Origin: Schmidtea nova
Lineage: Eukaryota
Assembly (NCBI GenBank): GCA_044892505.1
Contig: CM097884.1
Coordinates: 17,856,001-17,920,000, forward strand
Direction: 5' to 3'
DNA length: 64,000 nucleotides
Positions 36,601 through 50,400 of the stretch are shown piece after piece. The position numbers and the translations under genes are program-made. The notes beneath the pieces were generated by a model. That model worked only from the letters and a program-made list of their open reading frames with translations. It was not told where the DNA came from and ran no database searches. The first letter of the stretch is position 1. Each line of letters starts with the position of its first letter.

Positions 36601-39600
36601 GAATTAAAATTTAAAATTAAAAAAAATAGATATTTTATTAAGTTCAGATAATTATATTTATTTGCAAATCCAATATTCTTTTTAAAAAATGTAAAATTAA
36701 AATTCACAAACTCATCAATAAAAATAAATTTAGTTCAGATTTTAACAAGAAAAATTACTCGAATAGAAAAGCAACGGCAATCCGAGAATTTCACGACTCT
36801 AGACAACCAGTGTAGCCAACAGCAAGCAGCATAGCCAAATATAAAGAATATTAACCTATATTTGTTATAATTGGCATGTATTGTTTTAAAACAATAATTT
36901 AATGTCACGTGTATTGTCTAAAAGTTATACTCACATAAAATTACTCCGAAAGCGTCTAATAAAATATAATTAATCTATTGTTAACATTATTTTAAGATTT
37001 TTATTGAAATTTTAAGATTTAACCAGTTGAATGTGTCAGATTTATTTTTCAGTGTTACTGGTGGAATTTAATTGGCTAAATCCGCGCGTCCCTTTGATCA
37101 AATTACTTAAGTCCAACAAATAACAATGTTTATTGAGTTTTTAGCATAACACACAGTTGATAAATATGAAAGTTTATCAATAAAGAACTATACGATGATC
37201 CTCTGGAAAGAAAAAATTACTCTTTTAGTAAATTTCTCAATTATTGCTACAATATAAAATTCTTATTTCTGTCAGTTTTCTAAAACTATTTTTCTCGTGA
37301 ACTCTATCAAGTTTTCTGGCGCTGGTTGTATTGTTGCCTCCTTTTATAGCGTTTTGTATCTTATATTATTACCGGTTAAACCCCAAAAATAAATTGGGTT
37401 TTTTTCAAATACGAATGATGCCAAAGATGGTTCCTGAGAACTGGAATAATTGAACATAAATGGTTATCGAACTTTACAGAGACCAATTATACAACTGAAC
37501 CTAAATTTGAAAGACCAACAATGTGCCTGTTGCAATAGCGAATCTTGTTTCCTTTAGGGGATTATCGTCGAATTTTAATTAATATATTCATCTTAAACTT
37601 TTTATTTGCTACCCACTCATGCCTTTTCCTTGGAAAATATTGATTTTTGATTGTAATTAATTGCTCTTAATTTCAATTTTTACACTAAAATTTTATTTTC
37701 ACATTTTTTAACATCAACAAATATTTAAATAGCTTAGGATTAACGTAAAGGGACCAGTAAAGTGACTTGGTTGGACTGTCACGTAATTGAGTTGTCTGGA
37801 AATTATATCAGTGTTTTTACAGTGACACAAGGTTTTTTCCTTACTGTTTGATACTGGCTAGTGAAGCAATACTTATTAGTTTTGCTATTTAACTTAAAAG
37901 TTGTTTCTTGTTGTCAAAACTGAGAACCTAATCTTAATTTATCAATGTTTAGTACTCATTTTTTTTATTTGTAAAACAAAAATATGTTACTTTTTAATAT
38001 TTTTTAAAATATTAATTTTAATAAAAATATTAATCTCAGATAACAATGTCAAAAAACGGCCGTACGTCGACAGATGATAGAATTCCTCTTTTAAAAATAA
38101 GCAACTTTTCGATTCTTTCGGAAGATAAAACAAGTATTAAGAAACACGTCTCGTCACAGACGATACTTATTTGCTACAGGCTTCAACAAAGCTAAGTATT
38201 TATTTCATAATGTTGAATTCGGACCAATGAAGAAAGAATTAGCAATAACCGATCCAGTCATTACGTACCTCACTATAATTTATAAAACCTTCGATCGTAA
38301 ATTTAAACTTATTCGTACATCATTAGGGTCACTATTAGAGAAGAAATTATAAAACATGTATCTGCATCTTATGCAAATGATGAACTTTTGAAAACTTAAA
38401 AAAATATTAATTTTGCAACAAACAAAACTTAAAGATTTTGCATCACATCTGTGAGGATAACAAAATAGATATACTTTTCAGATTAAAATGAATTTAAAAA
38501 CAAATAAAATTTGATAATACGATTATAAAAATAATAAATTAAATTTAAATACTGAAGTTATTAATTGGCTTGACTATAAATTTCATATTTAAGAATGATT
38601 GAAAATTGAAAATATATAATATTGATCGAATGCTTGTGTATGAATATTCTTTATTCAATTGTTAATTCATACTTACAAAAATATCCTCAAATATAAAAAT
38701 AAATTGTTTGAATAATATTGAGATTGTATTGTGTTGTAAAAATAGTTTTTTGAAATTTGCTATGGATGTTTTTAATTTAATCAAACAAATAATAGCGTTC
38801 ATGAGGGAAAATTCTGAAATAAGTGTCAGTTCAATTATTGGAATATTAAAGAAAAACTATAGAAAATTGAAATTTCATTTTTATTAATAATTCTGAATTT
38901 TAAATTTTAAAATTCTGAATTTTCACCATTACTATTATTTATTATTATTTAGTTTTATTATTTTGATATAAGATTAAAAATATTATTAAAAATAAAAATA
39001 ATGGTTTAATTTATATTACTTGCTGAGAATATTGATTAGAATTTTGAAGTGATATTGGTATCAAAACTGTATTTTGAGAATCTTGAGTTTGCTTTGAATA
39101 ATGTAATAGTGCTTGAGGCTGGTTAAATGCCAGAGTAGATAGATTAGAATTATCTTAAATTTTAAAAATAATATTTATAATTATTTTTATTGAAATCAAG
39201 GCATTTTATTTTAAATAAACACTCATTGATTAAGTTAATTAAGTTAATTATCAAATTTATTCATTTTAAGCAATGATAAAAATGTATAAGAAATATTTAA
39301 CTGATTTAAAATTTATTTGAATTCTTTTTTAAAAATAAACTTGGATATCAATTGGAAAAATTATTCTCACTTGTTTTTAATAATAATAAATAAATAAAAT
39401 AGAATGACTACATGTTATGAGTGTATTTCTTTTTACAATCAAAAATGATATTTTTTTGGTTTTTTCTTTCTCAATTTATAGTTATTTTATAAGAGTCAAA
39501 ATAGTTAAATTAACTATACAATATTAACTTAAAATTTGTACTCATGATATTTTTAGTCATGTCAAAACGCTCAACAGTTCGGAAATGTTTAAAACGTGGA

Positions 39601-42600
39601 TCTAAATAAAATTGAAAGGCATATTCGACTTCTGAATTCTTAGAGTCTCTTAAACTAAGAGACTCTTAGACCATTTTAAACCATTAGAATACAAAAAATT
39701 GTGAATAACTGATATAAAACTTTAAACCAGCTCTTCTAAACAAAAATTCTGAATTTTCAAGTACATCATATCTATACTTAACACAACTTTAAGATCAAGT
39801 ATGGTAAATTTTGTAAAAGCAAGATAGGTTAGAATATATTCTTTCCATATTTACAGTAGATGACAGATTTCTAATTAATTCAATTTCTTATAAAGGATTA
39901 TAAAGGCTTATAAAGGATTCGTGAAATATCAGGGGTTTTTATGCCAAAATCTAGAAAAACAATATATACTAATTTTACGGCGAACAAAAATCGAACTTTA
40001 AAATGCTTGTGCGAAATAATACAAAATCAGAAGAAGTCGAATGATGTGATATAAGTCTGAAAAAAATATTTAAGCGTTACAGTTTAGAATATTTATTATT
40101 TACAATCTGGCAATAACATAAATTATGAAAAATGGACGATATTTCAAATGTACCTATTCTTAATTCCAGTAGTAGTTTCATAGAAGAAAAATTATTAGGC
40201 AATTTAAAAGCTCTGGAGTCAAAAATAATATTTTAAAACAATATCTTGTCATCCAGTAAGGCAAATATCTACATTTTATTCTAGATTGCAAGACGCATTG
40301 GAATTCTCTGATCCCAATGGTCTAACAGATTTTACTGTGTAAAAAATATATCAAAAGTGCAAATGAGAAAAATATCAAATACCAAACGATTGAGATCTGA
40401 GAAGGCATGCTTGAAATTACGAAACAGCAGAAGTAGTTTATTTTAAAAACTTCAAGAAATAAATAATGAGGTGAAAAGAAAACTTAATAATTTAATTGAA
40501 TGAATAAGACAACCGAGGAATACAAATTTACGAACCTTATTATCCTCTAACAAAAAATCACAATTAAATATCCTATGGAATTAATTAATCAATTATTCAT
40601 AAAATAACAACAACGAGCAGTAAGAACAAGAATGCAAATGTATCTGATTTGGCTTTGAAATGTGAATCAATCATCTGGACCAAGAATTCCAAAGGAAAAT
40701 TAATTCGATAGCGGAAGTTATGCCCGTCAAGAAGACTGACGTTTAAAAAATTAAATTATTTTATTTGAACTGAAAACGACGAGACTTGCTGGAAAAATTA
40801 TCCTAGGTTGCTATAACAATAAAACCAACATCAACATTAAATGAACGAGTATTCTCAATCACGGGGAATTTTAAAAACAGAATCTGTTCAAAATTAAGTT
40901 GTAAATCACTTAACGCATTAGTATTTATGAAATATTATTTTTCGAAAAAATAAGTCTTAGTATGAGACTTATTGTGAATTGAAATTTTATATTTTTAGTT
41001 AAATAAATTAGTTTCGAATTTCAAAGATGTTTATAAGATCTTTTAGTAGGTTAACTGTTTTTAAGGAATTTATTATTTGATTACCGGTTAGTAAAAAAGT
41101 CAAATAACTACCAACTCTACTTAACATTCTTAGCATTAGAACTTTCAAAATATGATTTGTCTTGTAATTATTTGAAAAAAAATTACAAGAAAAATTCAAA
41201 ATATCTCATTTTAGAGCTAAATTTATATAATAAGCCCACCCAATAATAAATTAAGAACTTTCCAAAATATTAATTTTAAAAAATATTTATGGTTACACTC
41301 ATATATAATACATCAGGGGTCGGCAACCTATGGCACGCGTGCCAGATTTGGCACGCGGTGGAGTTGTCAATGGCATTTTATGTTGTTTGTTTTTCAATTA
41401 AATATATATTAAAAGATAATTTTGGGATCAAATTATTTTCATAAACTGTATTATTTAAAGTTACAGACATATACCAGTACTTATTTGTAAAAAGAAATAA
41501 GGTGGCACCCTGAATTAATTGGCTGAGTGGCTTGGCACACCACAGCTAAAAGATTGCCGACCCCTGTCATACATAGTAAATTTCAATGCGGATCTGGCAG
41601 TCAAAATATTTTATAATGAAATTTCAACAAAAAATCATTTTTCCAAATAATTATTTAATTTTGTCCAGTGAAATTCTAGCAAGTTATTTGTTGAATAATT
41701 CATTAAATTATTCTATAATATCACACTGAAATAGCATAATTCCAAAAAAAACAACCTCAAATAATAACAAAATGTACAAAAATAAAACGAGCTTACCTTA
41801 CGACTGTTTTAAGATTTCCCAAGACGTTGAAATCATAAAAATAATAACAGGTTAGGGCTTTGGAAGCTTTATCTCTTGCATATATAAATATACAATTTTT
41901 GAGATTTGATTTGTTATTGACAGAATCGTTTTTTACTAATAGTATGGTTATTATTAAGCGCATGTTTAGCAAATTAAATTTAATGCGAAATCACATAATC
42001 TATAGTATTAATAGAATAGTAGGTTTGCATTTATTTAATGCTCTACTACATAAATCTCAAATTACGCTACGCTTTTTGTGTTATGGAGTCTTATTTTATT
42101 TACCGCAAGATTAACTTTTCATAAATAGATTAATTTCAAATTCTTGTTATTTATAATTCATTATTTTATAATATTAACAATATATAACCTTTTAAAATGA
42201 AAAAATTTACTTTGAGATATTTGTATTGTTGTTATGTAATTAGATGAATTTTCGGAATTACCACCTTGATCACTTGATGTTGCTAGATTCTGTGAGTTTT
42301 GATTTAAACTTGATGTCTGCAAGAGAAATGTTGCCGGTAGTGATGAACCGGAATTGAGATTAGCTTGAAGATTTCGTATTATTGAAGGAGCAGTAGAATT
42401 AGAAATTTTAGAATTAATGCTATCTGTAATCGAATCTGTGTGGGATATTTTCCCCTTTTCACCAAGATTTACGATAGAACTTACATCTATTAAGTTACTC
42501 AAATTACTTGGATTCCCACTTTCCAAATTTTCAAGAATTTTCCTAAAAATTATAAACATTATCGATTTAATAATTAACAAATTTAATATCTACTAAAAAT

Positions 42601-45600
42601 AAACTAGTTTCATCTTATTATGGATTTTTAACATATATATGATAAATATATTTATGTTTAATTATAAATTTTATATTTAATTAAAAAACAAAAACCAATC
42701 CAAAATTATATTCCACACGATATATTTTAAGAAACTCCTCGTCAATAGATGCTTTTTAGTCAAATATTCCAATACAGATCAAATAAATAGATTCATTTAA
42801 ACAAAATAATCATAATTTTTAAATTACACCCAAGTCTTTTTTACATGGTGGATAAGTACCGAGTAAACATAGATAAAACGTGTAAAAATTGTATTAATAT
42901 AGAAAATTACTACCAAAGAATATAAAGCATTTTTGTAAATTAGATCCAATAATAGCAGAGTTAAGAAGTTTATTTGTTTAATAATAAGTTTAGAAAAATA
43001 AGCGTATTTATTGTATGTACAATGTACAATGTAGTATATTTTGTGTACACCCATGTCTCTTTTTACACACACTATTGTTAATTAAAAAATACATTTATAA
43101 TTAACAATAGTGTGTAAAAAGACACGAGAGTGTACACAAAATATACTAGTTTTATTTTTTTAAATCATCAAAAAATTTTAAAAACGATATAATTTTTTGC
43201 AATTTTAAAATAAATTTATTTTAAAAAATCATTTTTAAAAAAAATTTGTTTTCAAGATGAATTTTAAAATAGTTTTATATTTATAAACATTATGATAGAA
43301 GACTAAATTCATCATTATCAAATGACAATGCTTTAAAACTCGAGTACAGAGAAGACAAAGTGTGGCATTTTCCCCCATTACATTTGAAAAATTAAACGAA
43401 TATAGAATAAATATCAGAAGAAAAAAAATAAGAATCGTCAACAATCACATCAGTGAATATAATCATATCGCAAAAATTGAAGTAAACACACGCACTCAAA
43501 ATTGTCACATTCCCATATTCATAAACATCAATATGATTGAAAACAACGCTCATTCGCATTAATTGTCTGTTCTGTAACTAGAATACAGAAAAGACAGTCT
43601 TTTCCAGTGTTAATGTTAATAATAATTTTAGTTAATTTATATTTCGATTTGTAATAATAATTTATATCAATAACAATTATAATTTTAATAATTTTAGTGT
43701 CAATATTAATTTTTTTTAACTTACTATTTGTACAACTCATTTAAATATTTACACTGTCTAATTTCGATGAAAAACTACTTATTACCATTAATTAATGATT
43801 TATTTTCCTTAATAATTTAATTTATTTTTATTAATTATTTATTTTCATTGAGTTTGATCAACTTGTAAATTGAAATTCCCTCCAAATTTATTGCATTAAT
43901 TACTTATGTCATGGGAATAGCACTATTCCTATTTTCTGTACAATTCTTAGCTTGTAACTGACAAACTCAAAGTGATAGTTTTAAGTTTCACGTTTCACGT
44001 TTCACGTAAATACTTAAGTATTCATACCCATTAGTATCTCAATAAGCTCAACTACCTAATGCTTTGTAGGTAATTGCGGAAGTCTTACTTGAACATATAA
44101 ATACGATTGGTTGAAGAAGAACAAGAGCCTATAGTAATAAATTCCCATTAACTTAAATTTTTATTCGGAAATCTTTTCACTTCAAAGAGCCAAATATTAA
44201 ATTTTGATCCAGTTTAAAAAATTAAAGAGCCACTTGAAAAATACATGGTATATTCCTCAATCAAAATTGCATAAAGGTAACTTAAATGTCATAACAAACA
44301 CAAAAAATAAAATGCAGTTTTATTACAAAATAACTAATACAAATTTGCATTTAAAAATAAATATAAACGTGACACAAAAATAAGAAAAAGAAATTTAATC
44401 AATTTAATTAAATTAAAATAAATCAATTGATTTAAATATTAATTAGAAAAGTAATCAATTTTAAAAAAATATCTTTGTTTATTTAAACTTAAATTGAATG
44501 TGAACATTTTAAAAGAACCTATTTAGGGAAAATATCATCACGTGATGAAATTATAACGGCAAAACACACAAGAGCTACATGAAAAATCTCAAAGAGCCAC
44601 ATGCGACTCGCAGGCCGCAGGTTCCCGACTCCCATCCTAGATGAACACTTAACAAATTTTAATACAAAAAAAAATAATTTTTGCTTTGCAATTTATTTTA
44701 ATAATTAATTTCACAATATTTTTATTAAAATAAACTTTTTTCCCTCACTAGCTAAATAAAACGGATTCGCAAAAAGCAATAATTCCTTTTATATACTTAT
44801 ATTTTAATGTAAAATTAATTATTGTCTTCAATAAAATTATTTTAGTGATGAAATTTTTACCAATTATATTTTTTAATTTATGAATCAATTGGTTTTGGTT
44901 TAATCTGAAAATAGACATTTTAGTTAGAGTTGACTATTAGGCTTTTTATCACAACAAATAATCTTTTTAATTGAAACTTTTAATTTTCTTCTCAATGTCG
45001 ATGTCAGTGGCTATTTTAGGCTTTTTAAAAAACTTTTTAAGTGTGAATCGATCTTTTTGATTGAAATTATTTTCATCTTAATAGTTATATCTACTTATAT
45101 AATATTCAATAAATTTTTCTATATTTTTGAGAGTAACTCTACCTCAGATTAATTTTAACTGAAACTACTTATTTTAGTGAGATTGAATTTTTCGGTTTTT
45201 TATTATGAATGACTCCTTTTTTAAGATTTTTTAACGATAGTTTTGACAGGCTCTTAATTTTTTTAATTGAGTTAAATAGTCTTTTTATAACATTTTAGTT
45301 ACATCAAATATTTTTTACCAGATATCGATATTACACATTTTTAGCTGAAAATTTTAAATATTTAAGCTTTTCAATAAATATTTAATTTTTAGAAAGAAGC
45401 TTTTTAGCAAGAGTTGACCGCTTTTATGTATGATTAATCACCTTTTTATAAGAATCAAATATACCCTTGTTTGTATAAATAAAAGAAATTAGTTAATAAT
45501 TATTAATTAAATATTTTTAGTGTAAAAATTGTTCAAATAATTATGAAAATTTATTAAATTTTTACATAATAATTATGAAAATAAACTATTAAATGTTAAT

Positions 45601-47408
45601 AAAAACTTAATTATTTAATAAAATAGATTGTTACTTATAGTTAACATTGGACCTTTATAATAATAGTTGATGTTTTAAACTTTGTAAGTGAGTCAATTTT
45701 TAGGCTTTTTATTAAGTTGATTTTTTATGCATTTTAGTGAATTAATCAAGATTTTGAGTTGACCATTTTTCGTAAAATTTTAGTTAGAAAAATAAATTTT
45801 AATTTTATGATTAACTGTAAATAGGATTCCACCACTGTAGAACGATTATATCAGAAAAATTACAGAAAAATGTTATACAGTCTATTATGCAATGAACTCG
45901 GAATCACATATATTAATACATAATTTTCTATAAAACAGTACTTCTTTTCAGTGGAGGTTATATAGAGTTTTCTGCATAATATTAAGTAGTATTATAAAGC
46001 CATAGCTTGGATCTGTGAACTCATACTGCCCTAGTGATATGGAATTATTTTACAGTTTAATCTCTAAAGCTACCTTTCTAAATTTGAAACAACTTTCTTT
46101 TATTTTTGGCCATTATTTTTGGGATCACTTACAATTGTAAACAAACATTTTCATTTATGAATATGAACAAAACTAAAACACCTAACAGTCTTGGAAATAG
46201 TATTCTTTAGCAATTTTCCATATGCCAACACCAAACATTGATCCAAACATTCAAAAATTGATTTCTGAAAAGTAAAATCATCCGTAACAGTAAAATTAAT
46301 GTTAGAAAAACGAGAAAAAAGTATTTTCCTATAATTTTTAGCATGTTTTCACATAACTTGGCGGACTCATGTCCAGCATTAAGTGGTCCCTAGTTAATAA
46401 TTATTGATCTAACTCATTCAAATATTTTTGGAAAAATTCAAGGAAATATCCCTCTTAAATATATTATGATTTTGAATTTGATATTCTTAAAGAACTTTTT
46501 ATAAAAAAGATATCCTTTGTGGATAACATAAATGTAACGTCAAGTAGAAGTACGTATATGGTGTGTTTGACGTCGAGTGAAAAGAAAATTACCATTTGCT
46601 ATTAAAATTCTAAATGTTAGTAAAAACTTAAAACAATATCGGGTAAATTTAAATACCGCCAATTTATATTACGAACCCAGAAATACATTTTTGTAAATAA
46701 ATTACTCGCTTATCTGGTTAAACTTTCTCAAATTATTTCGTAATATATTCCATTCATACATGTATTCCTTATAAATTTTGCTTGTGGCTTTATAGTTACT
46801 TTTTATAGAATATTAATTAGATTTCGCTTCCATTAGCTTCTAAATACTTGAATAAAGCATTGCCGAAAATTCTTGTTCGGATTAAATTATTTTGATTTGT
46901 TGTCTTAAATATTTGAAATTCACAAAAAAGATCAAATGTAACCAAAATTAGAGATATTTATGTTATATAAGATTGTTCTACAGTTGTAAAAGTTGTTGAT
47001 GATTAAAAATCCTTGTTTTAAATGAATAGAATGAAATTGAGTTCAACATAATTTTGCCACAAACATCAGAATTTTAATGCAAAATCTAGTTAGTTGAATT
47101 TGTCGAAATAATAATAAAAAATAGGAAATGAGATTTTCCCAATTTGTGATTGGATGTTTTCTGGATATCAAGAAAAACAATACCACGGAATTACCGATTT
47201 TCCAATTTATTTTTTCAACTTTGGTCTACATGAAAAAAATGGTTTGAAGCAGTTATAAGTTTATAATAGAACGAAAATTGAATTTTTCATACTAATATAC
47301 ACATAGGCGTACTAAATAATTCTAAATTTAGATGGCCCCGTTTGTTTATATTGTACTTGTAATAATAATAAATAACAATAACTAGAGAAAGAGTCTATCC
47401 AAAAAAGT

Positions 47409-47465
<57 letters not shown>

Positions 47466-50400
47466 TACACGTGTGCATAATGCACAATATAACATGATAT
47501 AATTCTAGATTTAGATGGTCCAATTGTGCATAACGTACCGACATAAAGAAGCAGAAGCAATTTTATTCTCAGTCTTATAAGACACTAAGTAATTCATAAA
47601 ATGAACAGCAATAAATTGATGTCTATTGTAGTGCAGTTTGCTGGTAGTTGTTATTTTTATGATTATGATTATTGCTATTCTTGTATGGTGTAAGCGCCGT
47701 CATTGTTATGGACGGTGCCTTTGCGGTCACCGGGGACCCCCCTTTTTTGTGTGTGTTAATTGTTATTATTGTTGTAATTATGATTATTATTATTAGAATT
47801 CAAATTTTCAATTTGAATCCAGCAGCTTACTATAGTAATAAACTATAGTAAGTTAAGGATAAAAAAAATTAGAAAAATTGATTTTTTTAAATATAAAATA
47901 TTAAACGAATTATCCTGTCAACGAACAAAGAATTAAAAAACTAATTAACTTGGCTACAACGGGGAATTACTGAAATTTGCAAACAAATCCTAAAACTAAA
48001 TTAACTCAATATCTACGCTGGTACAGAATATCAATCAAAAGGCCTCAGATCTTTTACAAAATCCAAATAAAAGAATCACTGTAAAGATTAATACCACAAC
48101 AACAACTATCATCCTACCATCCCTTCGCAATAAACTATCAAATATCCTAATCCGATATTAAAGCAAAAACTAAACAAACTATTGTTCGATTTGTGGTCAG
48201 ATCGTTCACAAAAATCTAATACAAAAATCTACAACAACCACAACTATCATCACACAATCCTATCGCAATAAACTATCCAATATAAAGTAAAAACTGAACA
48301 ATCTATTGGCCGTTTAGTGATCCGACAGTTTACAAAGTAATTGCATTGTGATTGTTTTTATAATAACGTATCATTTTGTTTATAGTGTTTACGCATAACA
48401 TAGCATACACCCCGAGTGTCTGCACACAATTACCGCAAGACTCTCTCGGGCACTATAACATTTCTTCACACACACAAGATACTGCGTCGTATTTACATAT
48501 AATAACATACTTTCTTTCGTATTTAATATCGAACTTTACCTTTTATTGACTTTGTAAAAAGTGTATATAGTTTCAACGTTAAAAATCGTATCGTTATAGC
48601 CTATTTGCCTAATAAACGTTTTTTAATGTAAGAAAGGATGTAATAAATGGTCTAGCAAAGGAAAACATATCCAACTGAGATTCATCTGTGTATTTTTTCA
48701 AAATGTTCTAGGAGAATGAAGCCAATTATACTACGAATGCGTGAGAACAAATGGGTGCTAATAGGCTTGGCAATGTGGATGTTCCTAAAATTTATAACTT
48801 GATACGTGGTGCGCCCAATAAGTCGTGAGACTAATATAGAAATAATAATAGTAAAAAAATTGATACAGGCATATTTAAACTTCAACATATATAGGTAAAG
48901 AAAATGTATTTTGTTTTAATAATCCATTATTGTTTAAGTATATTTTTGCGAACATTCGAAAAATGCCTCTGGAAACTATTCAATACCGTAGCGTTATTCG
49001 CTTTCTCTTTCTGGAAGGAAAAATAGAGAAGAGGTTCTTTTTTTTCAACTCTAAACTTAGATGCCAACAGATAGTGGAAGCCTATCTGATCTTTGGCCAC
49101 TCCAAGTTTATATTCCCACTGCAGGCAGAGGATGTGGCTAAAGCCTTTATTGATGCCTTTCACCAGAAAATCAAAACCATGCTAAAAAAGAATATTATAG
49201 ACCTTCCAAATTCCTCTCCCTTCATGGACTCGATTATCTATACTCCCAAGGAAAAGGGTGGCACAGGCATAACAAAAATAAGAGATGAACAAATGATACA
49301 ATGTATAACAAGATTTATTAAGTTATACAATAGTAATCATAAGGCAATAAATAGAATCCTTGTGGAAGAACTGATTGATATAGCAGCTGTCAGATCCGAA
49401 ATTCCTATTTCATCAATCTCCGAAGCATTTAAGTGGTTTGATGGCTCCACCCCTTACGTCAAGAAGAATAACACTAAAACCTCCTGGCTAATGAGAGTCA
49501 AAAATGCCATTGACAACCTAAGAAAAAATCACAATATTAATATAAAATTTACCTTTAGAGGAATAATTCTCGGTACAGAAACAGAATGCTCGGCAAAGGA
49601 TAAATCTACGCTTACCTATGATGTCCAAGAACTTTCCAAAAACCTTCACTGGATGTTGAAAGAACAATACCTTATCACCTGGAAAGCTGCTACATGCCAA
49701 GGTTATATCCACAGGCTCCCAGTCTCAGATTATATGGAAAAATCCTTTCCGAAAATACTGAACGATAATGAATGGCGATTTCTTGTTAAAGCATGGTCTA
49801 ATATGCTCGATCTCAACTTCAAGCAATCGAAACAAGGTGGGAGAATTGGATCGATAAGCTGCAGAAGATGCCAATATATCAAAGAATGCTCTCCTCATGT
49901 CATCAACCATTGCAACTTTGAAAATGCAATTAGAACCGCAAAGCATAATGAAGTCCAAAAACTGCTTGCAAAACTCCTAAAATCCAAAGAGTTGGCCTTC
50001 GAGCTTGAATCCAGACCTCCTGAATCCACCCAAAATCTTCGACCAGACATCATCATTCGTCAAAAAGATAAAATAACAATCTTGGATATCAAGTGCCCCT
50101 TCGATGATTCCAGACTCGTAACAAGAACTGCGATAAATACCGACTTCTAGCTACCAAAATCCAAACAGTTACAGGAATCAAGACCACAGTCCAAACGTTC
50201 GTGATTTGTTCCCTTGGTACGTGGGATAAAAGAAATAACGATGTCCTCAAAATGCTTGGTTTCAAATTCTCTGATTACAAGAATTACAAAAATGATATGA
50301 TCAAGAAGGTGATAACCGGATCCCGAATGACCTACGACCTTCATCGAGGGTTCAATGTTTAATACCTAGTGTACTCTAGCTCCAATTGATGTCCCATTAT

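Noticed and set aside
41790-41870. Strong GTAAGC donor as an extra CREB exon
   Set aside because: Its phase does not fit the neighbouring exons and the peptide is not CREB-like.
47850-48330. Possible non-LTR 3' remnant (a similar CA-rich tract at 55555-56300)
   Set aside because: No catalytic motif recoverable; too decayed to assign.
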